A DNA stretch of 64,000 nt from Bacilli bacterium (lineage in GTDB: Bacteria; Bacillota_I; Bacilli_A; RFN20; CAG-826): positions 26,026-90,025 of the forward strand of contig JBMSKF010000002.1 in NCBI GenBank assembly GCA_049419605.1, written 5' to 3'. Each line of letters begins with the position of its first letter. The stretch's first letter is position 1. Positions 1 through 12,038 of the stretch are shown here, one piece after another. Below the pieces are notes generated by a model that was not told the DNA's origin, made no database searches, and worked only from the letters and a program-made list of their open reading frames with translations. The position numbers and the translations under genes are program-made.

Positions 1-695
1 TTACCTACATTGGGTTTGCCAATAATTGCAACTTTAATTCCTTCTTTAATTAAACGACCTTTTTCGCCTTCGATAATCAACGTGTGAAGTTGTTGAAGAA
101 TGTCTGAACAATCGGTAATAATTTTTTCTTTACTTGCTTGTTCAATATCTTGATATTCGGGATAATCAATATTCACTTCAATCAATGACAAAATATCGGC
201 AATCCTTTGTCTAATTGGGTTGAGTTTTTCGCTTGTTTTTCCAGTCAACGATAATAATGATAAGCGTTTGGCTTCAATGGTTGTAGCCTGAATGACGTCG
301 TGAATTGCTTCTGCTTGAATCAGATCCATTTTTTGATTGAGAAAGGCGCGTGAAGAAAACTCACCTGGATTGGCGCTTCGGGCTCCTTTTGAAATTAAAA
401 CCTCGATCAATTGTTGGGCAATCAAAGGTGAACCATGAATAATTATTTCCAACAAATCTTCACCGGTGAAACTTTTGGGTTCAAAATATTGAATCACAAT
501 GGCTTGATCGATCATTTCCTTATCGTGAGTTATGGTACCTAAATGGACTCCTCTTTCCTTTTCACCGGTAAGGTCTTTAGAAAAAATACTAGAAAAAAGA
601 GCAAATGCTTGAGGACCAGAGAGGCGAATGATCGCTAAAGCACTTTTAGTTGGTGGAGTTGCTAATGCAACAATGGTATCCGTAAATAGGTTCAT
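1..695 (-). CDS. mnmE: tRNA modification GTPase MnmE (TrmE), N-terminal ~231 aa; the 3' part of the gene lies outside the window
   Basis: My own translation of the minus strand from the ATG (rc of 693-695) gives MNLFTDTIVALATPP... The window edge falls in the G1 P-loop 'GKPNVGK'. The gene sits in the canonical position next to jag. It is absent from the ORF track because no stop codon lies in the window. Confidence 0.85.
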   Translation of the reverse strand, partial: MNLFTDTIVALATPPTKSALAIIRLSGPQAFALFSSIFSKDLTGEKERGVHLGTITHDKEMIDQAIVIQYFEPKSFTGEDLLEIIIHGSPLIAQQLIEVLISKGARSANPGEFSSRAFLNQKMDLIQAEAIHDVIQATTIEAKRLSLLSLTGKTSEKLNPIRQRIADILSLIEVNIDYPEYQDIEQASKEKIITDCSDILQQLHTLIIEGEKGRLIKEGIKVAIIGKPNVG

Positions 696-723
696 GGATT
701 AAAAAAGCCCTTTCGGGCTATAT

Positions 724-1323
724 TTATGCGATATAACGAATGCAGATAGCGCGATGGGCTCCTTCGCCCACACTTTCTGTTTTAATGTTGGGCATGCCAG
801 TGAGTGCGTTATGCACCATGCGTCTTTCATCCGCGGGCATTGGATCAAGGGTGATGTCTTGTTTAGTACGAACGACATCTTTGGCGAGACGTTTTGCAAT
901 CGCCACTACTTTGTCATATTTTGCTTCTTTGTAATCGTTAATGTCTAATAAAATTCGAAAGCGCTTTTTAAATTTACTTGATGTAGCAAGTCGAACAAGT
1001 TCGTTTAATGCTTGTAGCGTAACACCATTTTTACCAATCAAGATAGGGTTTCGTGAGGTATCTAGAGTAATGTTTATAATGTCGTCTTTTAATTCTGTTT
1101 TGGTTTTGACTTCGATCCCAAACTGAGAAATCGCATTGATTAAATAAGCTTCCGCAAAGGCAACAGCATCAGAGACCTCATAAACTTCAACGACTAGTTT
1201 TCTAGAAAATAATCCGGTTTTTTCTTCAACAATTTTATATGATAAATCGTTGGCAGGAATGTTTAATTCTTTTTCTGCTTGAGCTAATGCGTCTTCCAAT
1301 GTTTTGGTGGTGTATGTTTTCAT
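724..1323 (-). CDS. jag: Jag/KhpB-type RNA-binding protein (KH + R3H domains)
   Basis: 199 aa with a C-terminal R3H-like 'LDPMPADERRMVHNAL'. Its ATG overlaps the yidC stop (ATGA). It follows the conserved rnpA-yidC-jag order. Confidence 0.85.
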   Translation of the reverse strand: MKTYTTKTLEDALAQAEKELNIPANDLSYKIVEEKTGLFSRKLVVEVYEVSDAVAFAEAYLINAISQFGIEVKTKTELKDDIINITLDTSRNPILIGKNGVTLQALNELVRLATSSKFKKRFRILLDINDYKEAKYDKVVAIAKRLAKDVVRTKQDITLDPMPADERRMVHNALTGMPNIKTESVGEGAHRAICIRYIA

Positions 1324-2651
1324 TTTTTACCTCCAATTAATTTGCGAGTTAATAACGTTTGGGCTAATGAAATCAAAGCACCAATAAACCAATAAATCCC
1401 CATAGCACTCGGTAAAGAAAAGCCCATCACAATAATCATAATAAACATCACATTACTAACCATGTTGGCTTGAGATTGAGATTGTTGCGCAGCGTTACTT
1501 TTCACCGTGTGGGCAACTTTCTTTTGTGCAGATTTTTGGAACCACATCGGTAATTTCATTGCGATAAATTGAGCGGCTGTCATTAATACAAAAATAACAG
1601 TGGCAGTCCACCAAGGTCCTTGGAACCAATTTGAGGTAATCACGCCACCTAAAGGGGAGGCGAGGTTTAATCCTAAAAAACTCCCGGTTGCAAGAACTGC
1701 AGAACCCGTCATCGCGCCCCAAACAGCAATAAAGACTGGAAATTGAACAAAGGCAATCAAGATTTGATTAAAAGGATTAACTCCGTGCTTTTGATAAATA
1801 GCCCATTGCTCTTGAGCCATTCTTTGTTTTTCATATTGATTGGTGTTCGCGTTGGGATATTTGTTTTGTAATTTAGCAATTTCAGGTTGGAGCAAACTCA
1901 TTTTTTGAGAGGCTAATGTTGATTTAAATGTGACTGCAATCATCAACCCCCTAACAATGACGGTTGTGACAAGAATCGCGAGAACTTGACTCAAGCCAGA
2001 AATATCAGAAACAAATAAATTGTTGAAAAATTCAACCAAGAAAGCAACTGGATATACAAACAGACCTTCAATTAATCCACGATTAAATGCTTCAGCCCAA
2101 GATTTTCCCTCAAATAAATATTCTCCATTAGGCCCATAACTACCAGTAGTCGTGGTGATGCATGATCGATATTGGGAAGCAAATTGATCAATGGTGGTTT
2201 TATATAAGTTTGTGAAATCTAAGTTAGGCGTTTCACTTAGAGGTAAATCGAGTTTAATTTCGTTAACCCATCGATTAAAATTACCCCATAAAACAGAGTT
2301 TGTTCCTAAAAATTTAACATAACCATAATTATTTAAAATGGCTTGTTGATCTAAGTTCGTTTCATTATTCGCAACTGCTGCTGCGGTTGCGGCTTCAAGA
2401 ACTTTGGCATCTAGTGCTAACCAGAATGCATCGGATGGTGTGTCAAACCCATTTGATTCAGCTTCATCTAATATGCCTTGTAATCCTGTATTGGGTACAA
2501 AGACATTAGGATCTTCGGAAGTATTGCCGCTTTCATAGGCATACATCACACGACTAATATCTTGTGGTGAACAAAAACTTGCGGTACATGAGGATAAAAT
2601 AAATAATCCTCCTAAGAAAACAATAAGTTTTTGTGGTTTGGTTAGTTTCAT
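1320..2651 (-). CDS. yidC: Membrane protein insertase YidC (lipoprotein type, long extracytoplasmic N-domain)
   Basis: 443 aa with lipobox 'LSSC'. The C-terminal half has the 5-TM YidC/Oxa1 core ('QKMSLLQPEIAKLQNKY', 'GVNP'). It is ATGA-coupled to rnpA. Confidence 0.9.
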   Translation of the reverse strand: MKLTKPQKLIVFLGGLFILSSCTASFCSPQDISRVMYAYESGNTSEDPNVFVPNTGLQGILDEAESNGFDTPSDAFWLALDAKVLEAATAAAVANNETNLDQQAILNNYGYVKFLGTNSVLWGNFNRWVNEIKLDLPLSETPNLDFTNLYKTTIDQFASQYRSCITTTTGSYGPNGEYLFEGKSWAEAFNRGLIEGLFVYPVAFLVEFFNNLFVSDISGLSQVLAILVTTVIVRGLMIAVTFKSTLASQKMSLLQPEIAKLQNKYPNANTNQYEKQRMAQEQWAIYQKHGVNPFNQILIAFVQFPVFIAVWGAMTGSAVLATGSFLGLNLASPLGGVITSNWFQGPWWTATVIFVLMTAAQFIAMKLPMWFQKSAQKKVAHTVKSNAAQQSQSQANMVSNVMFIMIIVMGFSLPSAMGIYWFIGALISLAQTLLTRKLIGGKK

Positions 2652-2986
2652 CCGTTTAACTTCCTCCGTAGATTTTTAATTAGATTGATTAAGTTGGCTT
2701 GATTGTTCTTAAACGTTTGAGCAAGATAAGGTGAACGAACCATCACGATATAATCAACAGGGTCTTGTAAATCTAGATTGGTCGATAACATCATTCTAAT
2801 TTGGCGGCGAATTTTATTTCTAACAACTGCATTTCCAACTTTTTTACCTACGGATAGTCCAACTCTGGTGTGTCCTAGAGATTGAGTAGAGCCATAGATA
2901 GTAAATTCCTGTGTTTTCAGAAATTTTTTTTGATTAAGAACCGTTTGAAAGTCAGCGTCCTTTAATAAACGATGACTCCGTTTCAC
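2648..2986 (-). CDS. rnpA: Ribonuclease P protein component
   Basis: 112 aa, basic, with an 'RVGLSVGKKVGNAVVRNKIRRQIR' RNR-type motif. It lies directly downstream of rpmH. Confidence 0.9.
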   Translation of the reverse strand: MKRSHRLLKDADFQTVLNQKKFLKTQEFTIYGSTQSLGHTRVGLSVGKKVGNAVVRNKIRRQIRMMLSTNLDLQDPVDYIVMVRSPYLAQTFKNNQANLINLIKNLRRKLNG

Positions 2987-3001
2987 AAAAGGTACCTTAA
3001 A

Positions 3002-3136
3002 TTAAGCAGAAAGTTTCTTTCTACCTTGTTGGCGGCGAGATTTTAATACTTTACGACCACCTTTAGTAGCCATTCTTTCACGAAATCCATGAATCGTTTG
3101 GCGACGTCTTTTGCTTGGTTGATATGTGCGTTTCAT
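3002..3136 (-). CDS. rpmH: 50S ribosomal protein L34
   Basis: My own translation gives [44 protein letters not shown] (44 aa), below the ORF-track size cutoff. A GGAGG Shine-Dalgarno lies upstream. Confidence 0.92.
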   Translation of the reverse strand: MKRTYQPSKRRRQTIHGFRERMATKGGRKVLKSRRQQGRKKLSA

Positions 3137-3175
3137 CCGAAAACCTCCAGGTCATACATTTTGTATGCGCATAAA

Positions 3176-3205
3176 ATTATAGTCACTAAGTAGTGAAATT
3201 GTCAA
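3176..3205 (-). promoter_or_regulatory. Putative sigma-70-type promoter of rpmH-rnpA-yidC-jag
   Basis: On the minus strand the sequence reads TTGACA (3205-3200), an 18-nt spacer, then TATAAT (3181-3176), about 40 nt upstream of the rpmH ATG. Confidence 0.5.
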
Positions 3206-3291
3206 AGCAAAACCACTTTTTTATTTATTGAGAATAAAGTGAATTTAAAAATATGGATTTAACAATTTATATTAATGATTGAATTTATAGC

Positions 3292-3408
3292 TTATCCACT
3301 CAAGAATATGTGGAAAAACTTATCCACATAGTTTTCCACATTGTCTGGTTGTGGATTTGGTGGAAAGTGGGACAAAATCGAGAATTTAACGATTGGGATT
3401 GTGGACAA
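3292..3408. promoter_or_regulatory. oriC DnaA-box cluster upstream of dnaA
   Basis: Six matches to TTATCCACA: TTATCCACT 3292-3300, TGTGGAAAA 3309-3317 (rc), TTATCCACA 3320-3328 (perfect), TTTTCCACA 3332-3340, TGTGGATTT 3350-3358 (rc) and TGTGGACAA 3400-3408 (rc). A very AT-rich stretch (about 3215-3290) flanks the cluster. Confidence 0.8.
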
Positions 3409-3469
3409 AAGATTTTTTACAATTTTTCGAGTGTTTTTTTACACAACGATTCACTATAATGTTGAACAT

Positions 3470-4834
3470 ATGGTTAACCCCACCTTATCTGAAATTGCAC
3501 AAATTTGGGATCGCGTTCTTGATCGACTTCAAGGTCGAATTAATGATCGTCATATCTTTGATTCATTTTTTAGCGATACATACATTCATGCACTTGAAAA
3601 TGATGAAATCAAGATTGTAGTTAATTCTGGATTAGCTGCAAATTTACTTTCAACGAAATATTTAGATGTGTTAAATATGACCGTGCTAGAAGTCACACAA
3701 ACGAATTTTAAATTATTATTCCTTCAAAAAGGCGATTTAGAAAAGAACGCAAAAAAAGCTGAAAAGAAACCGTCTTTTTTTGCCACTTCATTTGTGAATA
3801 GAAAGTACACCTTTGATAACTTTGTGGTTGGCACCTCAAATAGAGAAGCCCATCAAGCCGCAGTCCTCATCGCTTCAAGTCCGGGTAAGTTATTTAATTA
3901 CAATCCTCTATTTATCTATGGACAATCAGGGTTGGGGAAAACTCATTTATTACACTCTATTGGTAACTATATTCGAGAAAACGCACCATCATTAAAAGTG
4001 TTATATATCACAACGGATGATTTTGTAGATGAGTTTATTAAATATGTGAGCGGCGAAAAAGACTCAGATAACATGAAAGATTTTTTTAAATCCATTGATG
4101 TCTTAATGGTAGATGATGTTCAGTTTCTTGCAGAAAAAGTAAAAACTGAAGAAATGTTTTTCCACATCTTTAATCACTTAATTAATTCTGGAAAACAAAT
4201 TATTTTAACCAGTGATCGTCATCCAAGTGAAATTCGTGGTGTAGAATCGCGATTAGTGACCCGGTTTGGTTCTGGATTAACCATGAATATTACTGTACCC
4301 GATCTACCTACACGTGTAGCAATTCTTAAAAAGAAAATTGAAGCGAATGGTTTAGATATTACTTATTTTGATGAGGAAGTATTCCATTTCTTCGCGGAAC
4401 GATTCTCAAACAATGTAAGAGAACTTGAAGGGGCTTTAAACCGTTTAGTGTTTTATGTGATTAATATTAAACAAACGAAACACATCACGATGGATATTGC
4501 GATCGAATCAGTTCAACCACTAATTGGCTCAGTCAATCCATCATCTTTAACCGAAAATAGAATTATCAACACGGTTGCAGATTACTATAATTTAACCAAT
4601 CAACAACTTACGGGAAAAATTAGAACGAATCAAATTGCGATGGCAAGACATATTGCCATGTATCTCATTCGTCACCTTTTAGATGTCCCATTTTTAAAGA
4701 TTGGTGCTTTGTTTGGTGGTAAGGATCATTCAACAGTCATGAACGCTGTTAAAAAAGTGGAGAAATCGTTGAAAGTTGATGAAGCGATTGCAACGGCAAT
4801 TGATCAGTTACAAAAACGTTTAAAAAAATCGTAA
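3470..4834 (+). CDS. dnaA: Chromosomal replication initiator protein DnaA
   Basis: AAA+ Walker A 'GQSGLGKTHL', Walker B 'LMVDDVQF', and a C-terminal DnaA-box binding helix 'GGKDHSTVMNAVKKV'. I chose the ATG at 3470 rather than the TTG at 3341, which lies inside the DnaA-box cluster. Confidence 0.95.
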   Translation: MVNPTLSEIAQIWDRVLDRLQGRINDRHIFDSFFSDTYIHALENDEIKIVVNSGLAANLLSTKYLDVLNMTVLEVTQTNFKLLFLQKGDLEKNAKKAEKKPSFFATSFVNRKYTFDNFVVGTSNREAHQAAVLIASSPGKLFNYNPLFIYGQSGLGKTHLLHSIGNYIRENAPSLKVLYITTDDFVDEFIKYVSGEKDSDNMKDFFKSIDVLMVDDVQFLAEKVKTEEMFFHIFNHLINSGKQIILTSDRHPSEIRGVESRLVTRFGSGLTMNITVPDLPTRVAILKKKIEANGLDITYFDEEVFHFFAERFSNNVRELEGALNRLVFYVINIKQTKHITMDIAIESVQPLIGSVNPSSLTENRIINTVADYYNLTNQQLTGKIRTNQIAMARHIAMYLIRHLLDVPFLKIGALFGGKDHSTVMNAVKKVEKSLKVDEAIATAIDQLQKRLKKS

Positions 4835-4908
4835 GCATCGCATATATTTAGAAGTAAACTTTAAGATAAATATGGTAAAATATATTGGTAAAATAGGTGT
4901 GCTTCTAG

Positions 4909-4926
4909 TTATCCACAACATCCACA
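4909..4926. promoter_or_regulatory. Second DnaA-box pair in the dnaA-dnaN spacer
   Basis: TTATCCACA 4909-4917 (perfect) is immediately followed by ACATCCACA 4918-4926. It is preceded by an AT-rich segment (about 4835-4900) that could be the unwinding element. Confidence 0.7.
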
Positions 4927-4967
4927 CGCCTTATTATCATTATTAATCTTTAAGGAGATAAATAAAT

Positions 4968-6089
4968 ATGAGATTTACAGTCCTTCGTGAAGAACTACTT
5001 AAGGCAATTAATATTTCAAGTAAAGCTATTGCAGTTAAGACCCCTATTCCTGTGCTTAGTAATTTTAAATTAGTCGTGGATGATAAAGGATTAACGATTG
5101 TGAGTTCCAACAATGAATTATCAATCGTAACAAGAGTACCTTTTGCCAATAAAGGAAAAACTTTGTTAACCGATACCAGAAATGGTGGAACTTTGGTGAA
5201 TGCTAAATTATTTGGAGAAATTGCTCGTAAAGTCGAAGGCGCTCAATTAACGGTGGAATTATTCGATGACACCATTGTTAATGTGAGTGATGGTCGATCA
5301 ACGTATAAACTCAACTCCATTAAAGTGGAAGAATATCCAGAATTAGATTTGGATACAACGGGCGTTTCTTTAGAAATTGAAACCAAAGTTTTGAAAAAAG
5401 TCGTAGAACAAACCGCTTTTGCTGCTTCTACAAAAGAACAACGACCCATTATGACTGCGGTTAATTTAGAAGCTTCTGATGGTAAGTTGGTTGCAACTGC
5501 AACTGATTCTGCTCGATTATCAAGAAAACAAATTAATATCAACAAACCCGTTAAGTTTGTGAGTAATGTTCCCGCAAGGACATTGATTGAAGTTACCTCC
5601 ATGATGGAACACGAAGCCATGATTAATCTTTCTTTCACTGAAAAGAGAGCAACCTTTGAATTTGGAAACACACTCGTTATTTCTCGATTGATTGGTGGAG
5701 AATATCCCAACACCTCTAATATCATTCCTAAAACCTCCAATTATTATTTAGTGGCCAATGCAAAAGAACTATTGGCAGTCATGGAACGGGTTGCCTTATT
5801 ATCAGTGGAAAGAGAAAATGTTGTGAAGCTTACCATGAGCGAAACCGCGGTTGAAGTTTCTAGTAAATCTGCACAAATTGGATCTGCAAGTGAACCTTTA
5901 ACCAAATTTTCCTTCAATGGTGATCGTTTTGAAGTAAGTTTTAACGCCTTTTACCTCATGGAAGCCATTCGTGCTTTTGGGGCTGAAGATATCAAAATTG
6001 GATTTATTGGCGATATGAGACCATTTGTCTTGAAAAACGATAAAGATGACTCCCTCATCCAGTTAGCAACGCCAGTGCGCACGTATTAA
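4968..6089 (+). CDS. dnaN: DNA polymerase III beta sliding clamp
   Basis: 373 aa in the canonical position after dnaA. It has typical beta-clamp length and sequence character, with an AAGGAG Shine-Dalgarno upstream. Confidence 0.95.
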   Translation: MRFTVLREELLKAINISSKAIAVKTPIPVLSNFKLVVDDKGLTIVSSNNELSIVTRVPFANKGKTLLTDTRNGGTLVNAKLFGEIARKVEGAQLTVELFDDTIVNVSDGRSTYKLNSIKVEEYPELDLDTTGVSLEIETKVLKKVVEQTAFAASTKEQRPIMTAVNLEASDGKLVATATDSARLSRKQININKPVKFVSNVPARTLIEVTSMMEHEAMINLSFTEKRATFEFGNTLVISRLIGGEYPNTSNIIPKTSNYYLVANAKELLAVMERVALLSVERENVVKLTMSETAVEVSSKSAQIGSASEPLTKFSFNGDRFEVSFNAFYLMEAIRAFGAEDIKIGFIGDMRPFVLKNDKDDSLIQLATPVRTY

Positions 6090-6116
6090 CTATTTAAACG
6101 CATTTTAAGGGGGCTT

Positions 6117-6151
6117 TAGGGAATATATTATATTCCCTAATTTTCTTTTTT
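6117..6151 (+). terminator. Rho-independent terminator after dnaN
   Basis: The inverted repeat TAGGGAATATA/TATATTCCCTA (6117-6139) is followed by ATTTTCTTTTTT. Confidence 0.7.
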
Positions 6152-6176
6152 ATGGTAAAATTATAGAGGTTTAAAC

Positions 6177-6403
6177 ATGGAAAAAGAATCGACTCAATCG
6201 GAAATTGTCATTCATACCCCTTATATTCAATTAGGGCAATTAATGAAGATCGCTGGGTTGATTGAAACAGGGGGCCAAATTAAATCATTTTTAAGCCAAA
6301 ACCCAATCCAAGTTAACCAGCAACCGGAACAACGCCGGGGGCGTAAACTCTATCCTGGGGATCAAGTCATGGTGCAAAAACACCTGATTATTATCAAAGG
6401 TTT

Positions 6404-6407
<4 letters not shown>
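6177..6407 (+). CDS. yaaA: S4-domain RNA-binding protein (YaaA/RlbA-like)
   Basis: 76 aa with an S4-like 'IQLGQLMKIAGLIETGGQIKSFL...VNQQPEQRRGRKLYPGD'. It keeps the conserved Firmicutes position between dnaN and recF. Confidence 0.8.
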
Positions 6408-9453
<3,046 letters not shown>

Positions 9454-9464
9454 GGAGAAGGTGT

Positions 9465-12035
9465 ATGGCAGATAATAAAGATCCAAAAGTTGAGGGTGTG
9501 ATTCAAGAAGGCATCGAAGCTGGTTTAAAAGACGTCGATATTTCTAACGAAGTACGGACTGCATTTTTAGACTATTCGATGTCTGTTATTGTCTCGCGGG
9601 CTATCCCTGATGTGCGTGATGGTTTAAAGCCAGTGCATCGTCGGATTATTTTTGGCATGAATGAATTAGGGATGCAATCCGATAAACCCTATAAAAAATC
9701 AGCGCGTATCGTTGGGGATGTCATGGGTAAATTTCACCCTCACGGTGACCAAGCGATTTACTCAACCCTTGTTCGTTTAGCTCAACCTTTCTCGATGCGG
9801 TACACCCTTGTCGATGGTCATGGTAACTTCGGATCCGTCGATGGTGATGAAGCGGCAGCGATGCGTTATACCGAAGCCAGAATGGCAAAGATGGCCATGG
9901 AAATGGTCAAAGATATTGACGATGAAACCGTTGATTTTGTTGATAACTATGATGGGACAGAAAAAGAACCAGTTGTATTACCCTCTCGCTTTCCTAACCT
10001 CTTAGTCAATGGTGGTTCAGGAATTGCGGTTGGGATGGCGACCAATATGCCAACCCACAACTTAAGAGAAGTCGTGAGTGCCATTAAAGCTTATTCTAAA
10101 AATCCTGACATCGATGTTTTAGAATTGATGCAAGATCACATTCAAGGTCCTGATTTCCCTACAGGCGGAATCATTCTTGGTAAAGCAGGTATTCGCCAAG
10201 CCTATGAAACTGGAACCGGGTCGTTGGTGATTCGTTCCAAAGTCGATATTCAAGAATTTGAAAATGGAAAAAAACGAATTATCGTTAAGGAAATTCCTTA
10301 CCAAGTAAACAAAGCTTCCATGATTGAAACCATCGCTGATTTAGTGAGAAATAAAGTCATCGAAGGTATTACCGATATTCGTGACGAATCCAACAAAAAC
10401 GGAATTCGTGTCGTCATCGAAGTTCGTCGAGATATTATTCCAGAAGTCTTACTGAATCAACTCTATAAACATACCCAACTTCAAGTTAGTTTTGGCATTA
10501 TTAACCTTGCCCTTGTGAACGGTCAACCCAAAGTGCTATCACTGAAATCGATGATTCAACATTATCTCGATCATCAAATTGAAGTGGTAGAAAGAAGAAC
10601 ACGGTATCAATTAACTAAAGCTGAAGATCGCATTCATATCGTAAATGGTTATCTTATCGCTATCAACAATATTGATGCAATCGTTGATATTTTAAAGAAA
10701 TCCGCAAACATCGATGTAGCCAGAACCACATTAGCGCAAAAGTTTAGTCTTTCTGAAAAACAAACTAAAGAAATAGTCGACATGCCTTTACGACGATTAA
10801 CTGGTTTAGAAAAACAAAAACTAGAAGACGAAAAACTTCAATTAGAAAAGAATATTGCCTATTACAAACAATTACTTGGTAATCGCCAAATGGTTGTGGA
10901 TGTGATTCTGCAAGACTTGGATGTCATTGCCAATAAGTTTGGCGATGACCGCATGACGGAAATTTCAGATAACCTCTCTTCAATTGAAGACGAAGATCTC
11001 ATTCCGGAAACCAGTATTGTCATTACCATGACACAAAATGGTTATATTAAGCGACAATTACCCGAAGTATTCCGAACCCAAAATCGTGGTGGCCGAGGGG
11101 TTAAAGGTGCTGGTTTAAATGAAAACGATATTGTTTCCATTATTGTCAACGCCAGAACCCACACGGATATTTTATTTTTCTCCAACCTAGGAAAAGTTTA
11201 TCGCTTGCGCGGTTATCAAATTCCTGAATTTGCACGGACTGCAAAAGGTATTCCGGTTGTGAACTTATTGAGTTTGGAAAAACAAGAAACCATCAAATCG
11301 ATTATTTCTGTTGATGAATACACTGAAGGTCATTACCTATTCTTCATCACAGAAAAAGGTGTCGTTAAGCGCACAGAAATAAAAGAATTTGAATCGATTC
11401 GCCAAAACGGAAAAATTGCCATCTCACTCAGAGAGGGTGATATGTTACTTGATGTCAAACAAACCACCGGTAATCTATTGGTCAGTTTAGCCTCATCCAC
11501 TGGTAAGATGGTGACCTTCCCGGAAAGTGAAGTTCGCGATATGGGAAGAACTGCGGCAGGTGTTCGCGGTATGAAGTTAGCAGAAGGCGCCAAAGTCATC
11601 GGTGTATCCACCACTTCAGAGGGTAAATATATCCTTGTTGTAACGAACAAAGGTTTTGGAAAGATGACTGCCTTTGAAGAATATCGTCAAACCAAACGCG
11701 GAGCAAAAGGGGTTAATACCATTAAAGCTTCTGATAAAAATGGAAACCTTATCGCCTTAAAAGCTGCTAATGGTGATGAAGATTTATTAGTCGTCACCAA
11801 AGCAGGTGTCATCATCCGTATTTCCTTAACACAGGTCCGAGTGATCGCTCGTTCTACTCAAGGTGTGCGTTTAATTCGATTGGGTGAAAAAGAATTTGTT
11901 TCCTCAATTGCGATTGTTGAACCAAGTTTAGAAGAACCAACCGAAGAAGTTGAAACCGTAGAACTAGACAATCCTAACGAGCCAGAAACCCCAGACACAG
12001 ATGAAGGGGATGACGACGAAGAAGTGGAGGCTTAG
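9465..12035 (+). CDS. gyrA: DNA gyrase subunit A (with an acidic C-terminal tail)
   Basis: A QRDR-type 'HPHGDQAIYSTLVRLAQ' and the active-site region 'AAMRYTEARM'. The C-terminal beta-pinwheel repeats end in an E/D-rich tail. Confidence 0.97.
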   Translation: MADNKDPKVEGVIQEGIEAGLKDVDISNEVRTAFLDYSMSVIVSRAIPDVRDGLKPVHRRIIFGMNELGMQSDKPYKKSARIVGDVMGKFHPHGDQAIYSTLVRLAQPFSMRYTLVDGHGNFGSVDGDEAAAMRYTEARMAKMAMEMVKDIDDETVDFVDNYDGTEKEPVVLPSRFPNLLVNGGSGIAVGMATNMPTHNLREVVSAIKAYSKNPDIDVLELMQDHIQGPDFPTGGIILGKAGIRQAYETGTGSLVIRSKVDIQEFENGKKRIIVKEIPYQVNKASMIETIADLVRNKVIEGITDIRDESNKNGIRVVIEVRRDIIPEVLLNQLYKHTQLQVSFGIINLALVNGQPKVLSLKSMIQHYLDHQIEVVERRTRYQLTKAEDRIHIVNGYLIAINNIDAIVDILKKSANIDVARTTLAQKFSLSEKQTKEIVDMPLRRLTGLEKQKLEDEKLQLEKNIAYYKQLLGNRQMVVDVILQDLDVIANKFGDDRMTEISDNLSSIEDEDLIPETSIVITMTQNGYIKRQLPEVFRTQNRGGRGVKGAGLNENDIVSIIVNARTHTDILFFSNLGKVYRLRGYQIPEFARTAKGIPVVNLLSLEKQETIKSIISVDEYTEGHYLFFITEKGVVKRTEIKEFESIRQNGKIAISLREGDMLLDVKQTTGNLLVSLASSTGKMVTFPESEVRDMGRTAAGVRGMKLAEGAKVIGVSTTSEGKYILVVTNKGFGKMTAFEEYRQTKRGAKGVNTIKASDKNGNLIALKAANGDEDLLVVTKAGVIIRISLTQVRVIARSTQGVRLIRLGEKEFVSSIAIVEPSLEEPTEEVETVELDNPNEPETPDTDEGDDDEEVEA

Positions 12036-12038
12036 TTC

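Noticed and set aside
3341-3469. N-terminal extension of dnaA from a TTG at 3341 (497-aa ORF in the track)
   Set aside because: The extension runs straight through the DnaA-box cluster and encodes low-complexity sequence unlike DnaA. The ATG at 3470 gives a normal DnaA N-terminus (MVNPTLSEIAQIWDRVL) and is preceded by TATAAT. For the same reason I trimmed other ORF-track extensions: pmbA to 18371, tldD to 19770, rpmE to 21761, metG to 22025, 23612-25714 from 25807, XRE paralog 2 to 35200, the amidase to 48111, the esterase to 27119 and NUDIX to 56825.
5243-5740. Antisense or out-of-frame 'shadow' ORFs of 60-165 aa inside larger genes. Examples: 5243-5740 in dnaN, 1495-1722 in yidC, 8093-8410 and 8613-8903 in gyrB, 11333-11650 in gyrA, 18852-19139 in tldD, 31730-32017 opposite heliorhodopsin, 61807-62148 in the VOC gene, and many others in the track
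   Set aside because: Each lies wholly within a longer ORF that has clear family motifs. Their translations are low-complexity or Cys/Phe/Leu-rich with no recognisable motif, as expected from chance ORFs in AT-rich DNA.
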